Shown one piece after another: positions 46,788-56,255 of a stretch of DNA of 64,000 bases (position 1 is its first letter; the number at the start of each line of letters is the position of its first letter). The translations under genes and the position numbers were made by a program. Under the pieces are notes generated by a model, which saw only the letters and a list, made by a program, of their open reading frames with translations, did no database searches and was not told the DNA's origin. The DNA is taken from positions 1 through 64,000 of IMG/VR virus record IMGVR_UViG_3300025617_000013; one strand, written 5' to 3'. This stretch comes from a virus.

Positions 46788-49496
46788 ATGCATAAGTTAG
46801 AAAAACTCATATTAGAGTCTTACGTCGAACTACTTAACGAAATGGATGGTGGTCGATTATTTGATTATTTTGCTAATAAAGGATACAAAGTAACAGAACG
46901 TAGACCAGATGGTTATCCACCAAAACCAGGAGTAGAAGGATATCAGGTAAATAGGGGCAGTGGTAGATATCCTCAATCAGTAATATTTCAACATAATAAG
47001 GATACTGATGAATTTACAATCAGTAGAATGAGTGGATATAGAATTGATCAAAAAAATGCTATAAAAGCAGGAATGAGAGAAGCAGGCAGTTCAGGAGCAG
47101 CCGGTATGGATTCTTATATGACAGATGGTAACTACACACCAGTAGGTATTTCAGCTGAAGGCTTAAAAGATATAGTAGACCATGTTATGACTGGTTTAGA
47201 TCGAGAAGCTAAAGCACAAGGTGACTTTTATAAAGCTAGAGGACGTACATCAGGTACTATAGATGAAATGGCTAAAGCTGATATGGAAAAAAAAGCCGGC
47301 AGTAATGTTATCCAGTGGGAAGATCTTACAGATAAACAAAGAGCCGGGATCGTTAAAAGGTACGGTGAACCAATGTTTAACGGAGAGCATGATTTCTTTA
47401 GTAAAGACATGACTACCTACTTTAAGACTAATAGTAAAAGTAAAGAAACAGGTAGTATAGGTCATTCAATCATTACATTACCTTCATTCTCCTCCCTATA
47501 TAAGAACTTCTCAGACATTATTAACGATATTAAAAAGTTAATGGGTTCTGATGATGTAAGGGGAGATGAAGCAGCTAGAGAGCTTTTTGATATCACTAAA
47601 ACTAACTTTAGAAAACTACAAAGATACCTAAGAACAGAAAGACCTGAGCAATATAGAATGCTTAAAATGCAGAGAATGATGGAGGGTATCAAATCGTCTT
47701 TTTCTAAGATAGAAGAGAAGATGGATATTAATGATCCAGTTATGCTAAAAGTAAGACGAGCTAAAATGCATTCAGATAGAATGAAAAAATTAGATGCTTA
47801 TTTAAAATCTCCTGAAGGTAAAGCTGCTGCACGAGCACAAGCTAGTGCTGAAAGAAAAGAACAAAAAGCTAGAGAGATAGTTCGTAAATTAAAGATCAAG
47901 AGAGCCCAAGTAGAAAGAGAGATGGAGAACGATCCAGACATCGAACCTCAAGGAGGCCCAGTATCTGATATGTACGGAGACCAATTAAATAAAATTGACA
48001 ATGCTATTGAAAAAGCAGCATCTGTATACAATAAACCTATGGACTACGATACAGCAGTCGGTAAAATAAATGAATTTGTAGGTGATGCTTGGGAAAAAAG
48101 AAATGGAATTCTTTATGACAAACTTGTTAAAGGTTCTGGAAAATCAGATACTGTAGAAGGAGAAATTTTGAGAGCAGTAAATAGAATTATATATAGATGG
48201 GGTAATGATGGAGATTACTTTTGGAAAGGGTACGGAACAGAAACAGTAGGTCCTGCTATATCATACTTAGTTAATAGCTCAATGATACCACAAATAATCC
48301 AAAGTAAATTTAATGCTTGGGAAAGTAATAATGAAGGTAAAAATTACGGTATAAAAGAATTAGAAGATCTTCTTGCAATAGCTTTAGAGTATATAGAAAG
48401 GAAAGACGAAAGTGAATATTCTAAGAATACAGAAGATATGTTTGATTACGAATCTGAGTATCAAGATGAAGAAGAAGATGATTACGATGATTATGATGAT
48501 TACGATGAAGAAGATGATGAATATTTTCAAGAAGGTTCTGCAACACATGATGATGGTGGAGATTTAGATGTAGGACATCAAGATGATGAGCCTGCAATGC
48601 TAAAAAATAAAATGTATAGAGCAGCCAAACTTGCAAACATGCTATATGACAAGTTAGATGCTTATGACCAAATGCCTCAAGAAGTAGACTTTCCAGATTG
48701 GTGGCAAACAAAGCTATCAAAAGCCAAAGATATGATTCAATCCTGCTATGATTACTTAGATGGAGAAGAAGGAATGGCTGAAAAAGATGCTGAGAATACA
48801 CAACCAGATATCGCAGCACTAGCTTTAGAGAATGTAAATGAAGACAAATCAGACGCTATTAGATGGTTCGGTAACTTAAAGTATTATTACCAAAAAGCCT
48901 TTACAGAACTTAAAGGTGAAGACAGAGAAACTTATAAGCAATTAACTAAAGACTTCTTTTCTAAACTAAAAATTGATAAACACGTACGCCCAGTAGGGTT
49001 ATCTGAAAGTGAAGGACAAGACTTATCAGAATTAAAACCTGGAGATAAGTTTGAATTCAACGGAAAAACATTTACCTTAATACAACATATAGAAGGAAAT
49101 ATCGCTAAAGTAATACGACCAAACGGAGATACTTCAACAGTTTCTTTTGGAGGTAAAGTAAACACTGGAAAGAAAGCCGGTATTGGACCTGATGCTTTCG
49201 GACAAGGAAAAGGCCATCACATAGATGAAGATCATTCTAAAAACCCAAACGACAAATATGTTGTACGTCCATGTAAGAATAAGAAAGAGCCTTGGGCGGT
49301 ATGGGAAGGTGAAAAGAGAGTTAAAGGATTTGCTGAAAAGAAAGATGCTCAGGCATATGCAGACAAGCAAAATAAGGAACAGGGGCTAAACGAAGAAAAA
49401 TCAACTTGTTGCGGTAAATGTGGTAGAAAACACGTTAAAGGAACAAAATGTAAAACTCCTTACTTAAAAGGAAAAGATCACTGTAGAACTAAATAG
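46788..49496 (+). CDS. large acidic mosaic head-associated protein (putative polyprotein, 902 aa)
   Basis: MHKLEKLILE leader; shares modules with 43434 and 49498. Confidence 0.75.
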   Translation: MHKLEKLILESYVELLNEMDGGRLFDYFANKGYKVTERRPDGYPPKPGVEGYQVNRGSGRYPQSVIFQHNKDTDEFTISRMSGYRIDQKNAIKAGMREAGSSGAAGMDSYMTDGNYTPVGISAEGLKDIVDHVMTGLDREAKAQGDFYKARGRTSGTIDEMAKADMEKKAGSNVIQWEDLTDKQRAGIVKRYGEPMFNGEHDFFSKDMTTYFKTNSKSKETGSIGHSIITLPSFSSLYKNFSDIINDIKKLMGSDDVRGDEAARELFDITKTNFRKLQRYLRTERPEQYRMLKMQRMMEGIKSSFSKIEEKMDINDPVMLKVRRAKMHSDRMKKLDAYLKSPEGKAAARAQASAERKEQKAREIVRKLKIKRAQVEREMENDPDIEPQGGPVSDMYGDQLNKIDNAIEKAASVYNKPMDYDTAVGKINEFVGDAWEKRNGILYDKLVKGSGKSDTVEGEILRAVNRIIYRWGNDGDYFWKGYGTETVGPAISYLVNSSMIPQIIQSKFNAWESNNEGKNYGIKELEDLLAIALEYIERKDESEYSKNTEDMFDYESEYQDEEEDDYDDYDDYDEEDDEYFQEGSATHDDGGDLDVGHQDDEPAMLKNKMYRAAKLANMLYDKLDAYDQMPQEVDFPDWWQTKLSKAKDMIQSCYDYLDGEEGMAEKDAENTQPDIAALALENVNEDKSDAIRWFGNLKYYYQKAFTELKGEDRETYKQLTKDFFSKLKIDKHVRPVGLSESEGQDLSELKPGDKFEFNGKTFTLIQHIEGNIAKVIRPNGDTSTVSFGGKVNTGKKAGIGPDAFGQGKGHHIDEDHSKNPNDKYVVRPCKNKKEPWAVWEGEKRVKGFAEKKDAQAYADKQNKEQGLNEEKSTCCGKCGRKHVKGTKCKTPYLKGKDHCRTK

Positions 49497-49497
49497 T

Positions 49498-50550
49498 ATG
49501 GATAAAATACAAAAACTTATTTTAGAAGCATATAGTAAGGTATCTGAAAGAACTGAAGGTACTAAAAAACTCAAAGAACTACCAGATGCCTTTGTAAAAG
49601 CTCTAAGTAAAAAGTACGGAGAAGTAGATATGGAAAATGATTTCGTATCTCCCAACCTAGATACATACTATAAACATACAAGTACTAATAAAAAAACCGG
49701 TAGTATCGATCATAAGATTTATGAACTACCTTCTTTTTATAAACTGTACGGTGAATTTGAATCTATTATAAGTGATATAAAAACTTTAATGGGAAACGAA
49801 GATGTACGAAACGATCAAGCAGCCCGTGAATTATTTGAACTTATCAAAACTAACTTTAGAAAACTTCAAAGCTACTTAAGAAAGGAAAGACCAGATCAAT
49901 ATGCTATCATAAGAGGTAGAGCAGAATTAAAAGAACTACATGAATCTTTTTTAAAAACCGCTTCACTTATTAACGAGTCTTTAATTGATGAGTTAGAAGA
50001 TAAACCAGAACCTGAAGAGGAACCTGATACTGATGCTCCAAAAGAAACTGTTCTTGAAGATGCTACAGATAAAATTTTAGGTAAATTTCCAACTTTAAAA
50101 GCTGCTATAACTAAACTTCAAACAGAAGACTTTAAAGAGTTTGTAGACAGTATAGATTGGATTTCACCCCGACCTACTTCTTTTCGTATTAATTTAAAAA
50201 ACGGACAAGATTACGTTTTAAAATGGACAGGTAAATCATTTCAAGCTCAAATTTTAGGTAAAAGGTATTTACTTTCTAATATAGCAGACTATCAACAAGC
50301 TCTTGATAAATTAGCCATACTCTATAAAGAAGCACCTTTAAAAGGAGCAGGAGAAGGAGAAGGCGGAGAAACAGGAGATGAATTTACCGGAGGTGGAGGA
50401 GGAGATTTTCCTGGCGAAGAAGGTGGAGCAACAGGAGGTGAAGATGACTTTGCAGCAGACGATACCGGAGGCGGTGATGAAGGTGGCGGAGAAGATTTAT
50501 CCGGTGAACCAATAGATTTTGAAGACACAGCAGAAGAACCAGAAGCATAG
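49498..50550 (+). CDS. mosaic head-associated protein with Gly/Glu-rich tail
   Basis: MDKIQKLILE leader; N-module shared with 46788. Confidence 0.75.
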   Translation: MDKIQKLILEAYSKVSERTEGTKKLKELPDAFVKALSKKYGEVDMENDFVSPNLDTYYKHTSTNKKTGSIDHKIYELPSFYKLYGEFESIISDIKTLMGNEDVRNDQAARELFELIKTNFRKLQSYLRKERPDQYAIIRGRAELKELHESFLKTASLINESLIDELEDKPEPEEEPDTDAPKETVLEDATDKILGKFPTLKAAITKLQTEDFKEFVDSIDWISPRPTSFRINLKNGQDYVLKWTGKSFQAQILGKRYLLSNIADYQQALDKLAILYKEAPLKGAGEGEGGETGDEFTGGGGGDFPGEEGGATGGEDDFAADDTGGGDEGGGEDLSGEPIDFEDTAEEPEA

Positions 50551-51630
50551 ATGGATATTATAGATAAATTATATACGGAATGGGCTTGGAGAACTAAAAA
50601 TGGTACCCCAGATATTAATAACCCTGAAGATAAAGGTATTTTAGATTCTTTAATTAAGGAATTATCCGGTAACGAAGGAGGAGTATCTAAAAAAGAAGTA
50701 CTTACAGCTATTAATCAAGGAGATTTTACACCAGAACAGTTAAAATCTATACTTAATACTGTGTCCGGTCTTGCTTATAAAGCAGATATAATTAAATATC
50801 TTAATACAAAAGGGAAAGGTGTAAGTTCTATATCTAATAGAATTTATAACATTATGGTAGAAAATGGTGATATTAAAACTTACCATGATGCAGTAACAGG
50901 AAACAAGTTACCTTCCTATAATGCTTTAGGAAGTGAAGGTAATTTAAAAAATCTTTTTTCAAAGTATTATTCCGCTGATACGATTAATTTCTTATTTGAT
51001 ATTAAACCTCAAATAGGTAACGTAGCTACCGGAAAAGGAGAAATATTACTTAGCGTATTATGTTCAGACGTCACTGGAGATACCAGAGCCGGTGATATAG
51101 AAGCTTCAGGAAAACCAGTAGAAGTAAAAAATAGAGGAGCAAAACCCTACGGACAGAAAGCACAGTATGGAACTAATAGCGATAAAACGTTTATTGATTC
51201 TAGTGTAAAAAATACTCAAAGAATTGTTGGAGAGTTAGATCAGGTAGTAACTAAAGGTAGTAGACCTTTTCATAGGTTAAATATTATTTTAAAAGCTGCT
51301 CAAGAAGTAGATAATACAAAAACAGAAGAAGTTATTAACGGATTCACCGAAGCGTTGAAGACAAGCTATCCAGGATTAGATTTAACAAACTTTGATTTAA
51401 AATCATTTAAATCTGGTACAGTATTAGATGCAGACAAGATTGAACAAGAATTCGGTAAATTAGTTATAGACCATTATAGAACTTTAGAGGATTTTGAAGA
51501 AGTTTTATTTTTAGATGATAAATCTGGTAATTATGCTAAAGTACCTACTGATAAACTAGTTAGTTTGGTTGGTACTAAAATAGCTGTAGTACAAAAAGAC
51601 GGTCTTCCTCGATGGTCTTATAAATTTTAG
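50551..51630 (+). CDS. putative PD-(D/E)XK endonuclease-like protein
   Basis: GKGEILL...GDIE...VEVK. Confidence 0.5.
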   Translation: MDIIDKLYTEWAWRTKNGTPDINNPEDKGILDSLIKELSGNEGGVSKKEVLTAINQGDFTPEQLKSILNTVSGLAYKADIIKYLNTKGKGVSSISNRIYNIMVENGDIKTYHDAVTGNKLPSYNALGSEGNLKNLFSKYYSADTINFLFDIKPQIGNVATGKGEILLSVLCSDVTGDTRAGDIEASGKPVEVKNRGAKPYGQKAQYGTNSDKTFIDSSVKNTQRIVGELDQVVTKGSRPFHRLNIILKAAQEVDNTKTEEVINGFTEALKTSYPGLDLTNFDLKSFKSGTVLDADKIEQEFGKLVIDHYRTLEDFEEVLFLDDKSGNYAKVPTDKLVSLVGTKIAVVQKDGLPRWSYKF

Positions 51631-51632
51631 TT

Positions 51633-53207
51633 ATGGCACAAGACATAAAAAAAATAATTGCACAGGAGTATATCAAATGTGCAAAGGATCCGGCGTACTT
51701 TATGAAGAAGTATTGTCACATCCAGCATCCACAAAGAGGTAGGATATTATTTAACCTATACCCATTCCAAGATAAAGTACTCCACTTATTTAGAGACGAA
51801 CAATTTATTATAACTCTTAAATCTAGACAGTTAGGTATATCAACTCTTGCTGCTGGATACTCTCTATGGTTAATGTTATTCCATAAAGATAAAAACGTAC
51901 TTGCATTAGCAACCACACAGGCTACTGCTCGTAACCTTGTAACAAAGGTTATCTTTATGTATGACGAGTTACCAAGGTGGCTAAAACTACCTTCTGTAGA
52001 AAAAAATAAACTATCACTAAGACTTAAGAACGGTTCTAAGGTACAGGCTAAATCATCTAATGCTGATGCAGCTAGATCGGAAGCGGTATCATTATTATTA
52101 ATAGATGAGGCTGCTTTTATTGATAACATTGACGAAACCTTCGCAGCAGCACAGCAAACACTAGCTACCGGGGGTCAATGTATGGCCTTATCTACACCAA
52201 ATGGTATCGGTAACTGGTTTCACCAAACATGGGAAAAAGCTGAAACAGGGGAAAATTCATTTGTACCTGTAAGATTACCTTGGACTGTACACCCGGAAAG
52301 AAATCAAGATTGGAGAGATCAACAAGATAGAGATTTAGGACCTAGAATGGCAGGACAGGAATGTGACTGTGACTTCTTAGCTTCAGGGGATACTGTATTT
52401 GAACCAACCGACCTTATATTCTATGAAGAAACTTATCAAAAAGATCCGGTAGAGAAAAGAGGCGTTGATAGTAATTTATGGATATGGGAACCTGCTGATT
52501 ACACTAAATCATATATGGTTGTAGCGGATGTCTCTAGAGGAGATTCTGCGGATTATTCAGCATTTCATATATTTGACATAGAAACTTGTACTCAAGTCGG
52601 GGAATATAAAGGTAAAATATCTCCTAAAGATTTCGGTAACGTACTTGTAGGTATAGCAACTGAATACAATGAAGCACTTTTAGTGGTAGAAAACGCTAAT
52701 ATAGGTTGGGCTACTATAGAACAGGTATTGGAAAGAGAATATAGGAATATGTACTATAGCTCTACATCTAATATGGAGACAGTAGAATCCTATATGAATA
52801 AGTATGAAAGAGATAAACTTGTTCCTGGTTTTACCATGTCAATGAAAACACGACCATTAGTAATTGCCAAGATAATAGAGTATATCAGAGAAAGATCCGT
52901 TACTATACAATCTAAAAGATTGATGGCAGAAATGAGAGTATTCGTATGGAAAAACGGTAAACCTCAAGCACAAACTAACTACAATGATGATTTACTTATG
53001 GCTTGTGCAACTGCACTATATGTTAGAGATACAGCACTAAGATTACGTCAACAAGGTATGGATTTAGCAAGAGCACAATTATCTTCTTTTAGTAGTCTTA
53101 ATGCAAAGAACCAAGCAGTTATGAAAAATGTTGGTAGCCAACTAGAAAATCCGTATCTTACTAAGACACCGTACGGAGATGAAGATATCCGTTGGTTACT
53201 TAAATAG
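51633..53207 (+). CDS. terL: terminase large subunit (gp17-like)
   Basis: LKSRQLGIST Walker A, LLIDEAAF Walker B, STPNG, ADVSRG.D.S, DDL nuclease motifs. Confidence 0.95.
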   Translation: MAQDIKKIIAQEYIKCAKDPAYFMKKYCHIQHPQRGRILFNLYPFQDKVLHLFRDEQFIITLKSRQLGISTLAAGYSLWLMLFHKDKNVLALATTQATARNLVTKVIFMYDELPRWLKLPSVEKNKLSLRLKNGSKVQAKSSNADAARSEAVSLLLIDEAAFIDNIDETFAAAQQTLATGGQCMALSTPNGIGNWFHQTWEKAETGENSFVPVRLPWTVHPERNQDWRDQQDRDLGPRMAGQECDCDFLASGDTVFEPTDLIFYEETYQKDPVEKRGVDSNLWIWEPADYTKSYMVVADVSRGDSADYSAFHIFDIETCTQVGEYKGKISPKDFGNVLVGIATEYNEALLVVENANIGWATIEQVLEREYRNMYYSSTSNMETVESYMNKYERDKLVPGFTMSMKTRPLVIAKIIEYIRERSVTIQSKRLMAEMRVFVWKNGKPQAQTNYNDDLLMACATALYVRDTALRLRQQGMDLARAQLSSFSSLNAKNQAVMKNVGSQLENPYLTKTPYGDEDIRWLLK

Positions 53208-53237
53208 AACTATTTATATATATAAAATTACACCTTA

Positions 53238-55136
53238 ATGGCGGATACTTCCTTATTTGGTAGATTAAAGAGATTGTTTTCTAACGACGTAGTAGTACGT
53301 AACGTAGGAGGTGATCAATTAAAAATCGCAGATGTTAACCAGATACAGCAAACTGGTAAATTTCAAACTAATTCTTTAGTTGATAGATTTAGTAGATTAT
53401 ACATCTACAATAATAAAAATATATTTAACCCTAACCTTAATTATCAGACATTAAGGATACAGTTATATTCTGATTATGAGGCAATGGATACCGATCCTAT
53501 TATAGCTTCAGCCTTAGATATATTAGCAGATGAGGCTACTCTTAAGAATGATCAGAATGAGATTCTTACAATTAAATCCTCAGATGAAAATATACAACGT
53601 GTACTTTATAACTTATTTTACGATGTACTTAACATAGAATTTAACTTATGGTCATGGACACGTAATATGTGTAAGTATGGAGACTTCTTCCTAAAGTTAG
53701 AGGTAGCTGAAAAATTTGGTGTATATAATGTTCTACCTTATACAGTCTACCATATGGTAAGAGAAGAAGGGTTAGATCCTGAAAATCCTTCAAAAGTAGA
53801 ATTCGTACTTGATCCTGAAGGAATAGCAGCTTCACAGAATCCTAATTACCTCCCTAAAAGAGACGGTAAATCAAGAACAGTTAGATTTGATAATTACGAA
53901 ATAGCACATTTCAGATTAATCTCTGATACCAACTACTTACCTTATGGACGTTCTTATTTAGAACCTGCTAGAAAGATATTCAAACAAGTTACTTTAATGG
54001 AGGATGCAATGTTGATTCATAGAATCATGAGAGCTCCTGAAAAGAGAATGTTTTATATTAATGTAGGTTCTATTCCACCTAATGAGGTAGAGCAGTTTAT
54101 GCAAAAGACTATCAACCAAATGAAAAAAACTCCATATATTGGAGAAGATGGTCAATATAATTTACGTTTCAATATGCAGAACATGATGGAAGATTTCTAT
54201 CTACCAGTTCGTGGGGGTGATACTTCTACTCGTATTGATACTACAAAAGGATTAGAGTACGATGGTACAAACGATGTACAGTACCTACAAGCTAAAATGT
54301 TTGCAGCTCTTAAGATTCCTAAAGCATACTTTGGGTATGAAGGAGACTTAAGTGGTAAAGCAACCTTAGCAGCAGAAGATATACGTTTTGCTAGAACTGT
54401 AGAACGTATTCAAAAGATAATGGAATCCGAGCTTACTAAAATAGCTTTAGTTCATTTATATACACAAGGCTTTACAGGAGAATCTTTAACTAACTTTGAA
54501 ATTAAATTAACATCTCCATCAGTAATATTTGAGCAAGAAAAAGTTGCCCTATTAAAAGAGAAGATTGATTTAGCAGCTCAAATGAAAGATACTAAAATGT
54601 TTTCTACAGACTACATATATGAAAATATATTTGATATGTCAGAAGACAAGTATATGGAAATGAGAGATTTAGTTAGAGAGGATATCAAACGTAACTTTAG
54701 ATTAAATCAAATTGAATCAGAAGGTAATGACCCAGCTAAATCTGGAATTACTTACGGTACACCACATGATTTAGCATCTATGTACGGTAGACGATCAGTT
54801 GCTACACCTAAAGGTGGTGCACCAGGAGATGTACCAGTAGGTTATTCTGAAACCGAACCTGAATGGGGACAGCCAGGACCAGAAGGCGGTAGACCAAAAG
54901 AAAAAGCCTCCGTGTACGGTACTAATGATGATCCTATAGGAGGTCGTGATCCGTTAGGTATTCATGGTATGAGAGGTGGATATCCTTCCGATAACGATAA
55001 TGTATCAGAAAATATAGCTACACAAGCTGTTTTCCATAAAAACAAAGAATCTTTTAAAAATATAGTTTTCCAAAAGGAAAACAAGAAAGAATCAGATCTT
55101 CTTAATGAAGATAATATAAAAGATTTAGGAAAGTAA
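53238..55136 (+). CDS. portal protein (gp20-like)
   Basis: YGRSYLEPAR...LMEDAMLIHRIMRAPEKRMFYINVG...MEDFYLPVRG. Confidence 0.95.
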   Translation: MADTSLFGRLKRLFSNDVVVRNVGGDQLKIADVNQIQQTGKFQTNSLVDRFSRLYIYNNKNIFNPNLNYQTLRIQLYSDYEAMDTDPIIASALDILADEATLKNDQNEILTIKSSDENIQRVLYNLFYDVLNIEFNLWSWTRNMCKYGDFFLKLEVAEKFGVYNVLPYTVYHMVREEGLDPENPSKVEFVLDPEGIAASQNPNYLPKRDGKSRTVRFDNYEIAHFRLISDTNYLPYGRSYLEPARKIFKQVTLMEDAMLIHRIMRAPEKRMFYINVGSIPPNEVEQFMQKTINQMKKTPYIGEDGQYNLRFNMQNMMEDFYLPVRGGDTSTRIDTTKGLEYDGTNDVQYLQAKMFAALKIPKAYFGYEGDLSGKATLAAEDIRFARTVERIQKIMESELTKIALVHLYTQGFTGESLTNFEIKLTSPSVIFEQEKVALLKEKIDLAAQMKDTKMFSTDYIYENIFDMSEDKYMEMRDLVREDIKRNFRLNQIESEGNDPAKSGITYGTPHDLASMYGRRSVATPKGGAPGDVPVGYSETEPEWGQPGPEGGRPKEKASVYGTNDDPIGGRDPLGIHGMRGGYPSDNDNVSENIATQAVFHKNKESFKNIVFQKENKKESDLLNEDNIKDLGK

Positions 55137-55164
55137 CACATATTTATAATAGTAAACGTGTATA

Positions 55165-56019
55165 ATGAAAATTAAGCATTCAAAATTCCGTAATACCGGT
55201 CTGATATTTGAACTACTAGTTAAGCAAGTAGCTTCAGATACTCTGAATAATAGAGATTCAGCAGCTGTAAGTATTATTAAAAAGTACTACGCTGGGAAGA
55301 CTAGTTTAGCGAAAGAATATAAACTTTACGAATTTATAACTAAAAATAAAAACGTATCTCAATCTAAAGCTGAAGCTATAGTTTCTACTATAACAGAGAT
55401 TTCTAGAAAACTTGATCAAAAACTTCTCAAAAAACAGAAGTATGAACTTATATCTGAAATTAAAGCTAATTACAATATAGATGAGTTTTTCAGTATACAG
55501 GTAAGGGATTACAAAGGTTTAGCTGCATTATACTGTTTACTAGAAGCACAAAATAATTCTAATTTAGTTAATCCGCAAACTTTAGTAGATAATAAGACTA
55601 CTATATTAGAGCATTTAACTGAAGAACCTCAAAAGGAAAAGAACGTTAAGGATACATTAATAGAAGATTATTCTAAATACGATAAAGACCTTAGGTTACT
55701 TACTTTTAAAATATTACTAGAGAAGTTTAACGATAACTATAAAGACTTACTCCCACAACAGAAAAGAATACTTAAAGAGTTTATAACCTCAGTTAATTCA
55801 GATACAAGATTACGTAATACTGTTAACGAAGAGTTAAGTATAATTCTTTCTGAAATTAAGTCACTAATAGGAAAAGTAGAGGATAAAGTAATAAAGATTA
55901 AATTAGACGAAATAACTAAGACTATTAAACCTTTATCTAATAAAGAAAAAGTTACAGATAGCCATTTAGTTAACCTGATGCAATATTACGACTTAATACA
56001 GGAACTAAAGAATATATGA
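55165..56019 (+). CDS. head-module protein (putative prohead core)
   Basis: KHSKFRNTGLIFELL; located between portal and protease; TATTTATA at 55141. Confidence 0.7.
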   Translation: MKIKHSKFRNTGLIFELLVKQVASDTLNNRDSAAVSIIKKYYAGKTSLAKEYKLYEFITKNKNVSQSKAEAIVSTITEISRKLDQKLLKKQKYELISEIKANYNIDEFFSIQVRDYKGLAALYCLLEAQNNSNLVNPQTLVDNKTTILEHLTEEPQKEKNVKDTLIEDYSKYDKDLRLLTFKILLEKFNDNYKDLLPQQKRILKEFITSVNSDTRLRNTVNEELSIILSEIKSLIGKVEDKVIKIKLDEITKTIKPLSNKEKVTDSHLVNLMQYYDLIQELKNI

Positions 56020-56255
56020 AACGATCTGAATTAGTTAATCTAGTTAAAGAAGTTTTAGGGGAGTTAGATGAAGCAAACGTAACCGGTGGATCAGCAACCT
56101 TTACACCAGGTACCGGAGCACAATATGCTACTCCTAACGCCTTTTCAAAAAATAAAAAAGGTAACAGAGCAACAAAATTATTAAAGAAATTAGGCTGGAA
56201 AAAGCAGGAACGCCCAAAACGGCCATCACATACTAAAATGTTTGACTACTTATGA
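56016..56255 (+). CDS. small head-module protein with CTS-like leader MKRSELVNLVKE
   Basis: ORF track; basic C-part after LDE. Confidence 0.7.
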   Translation: MKRSELVNLVKEVLGELDEANVTGGSATFTPGTGAQYATPNAFSKNKKGNRATKLLKKLGWKKQERPKRPSHTKMFDYL

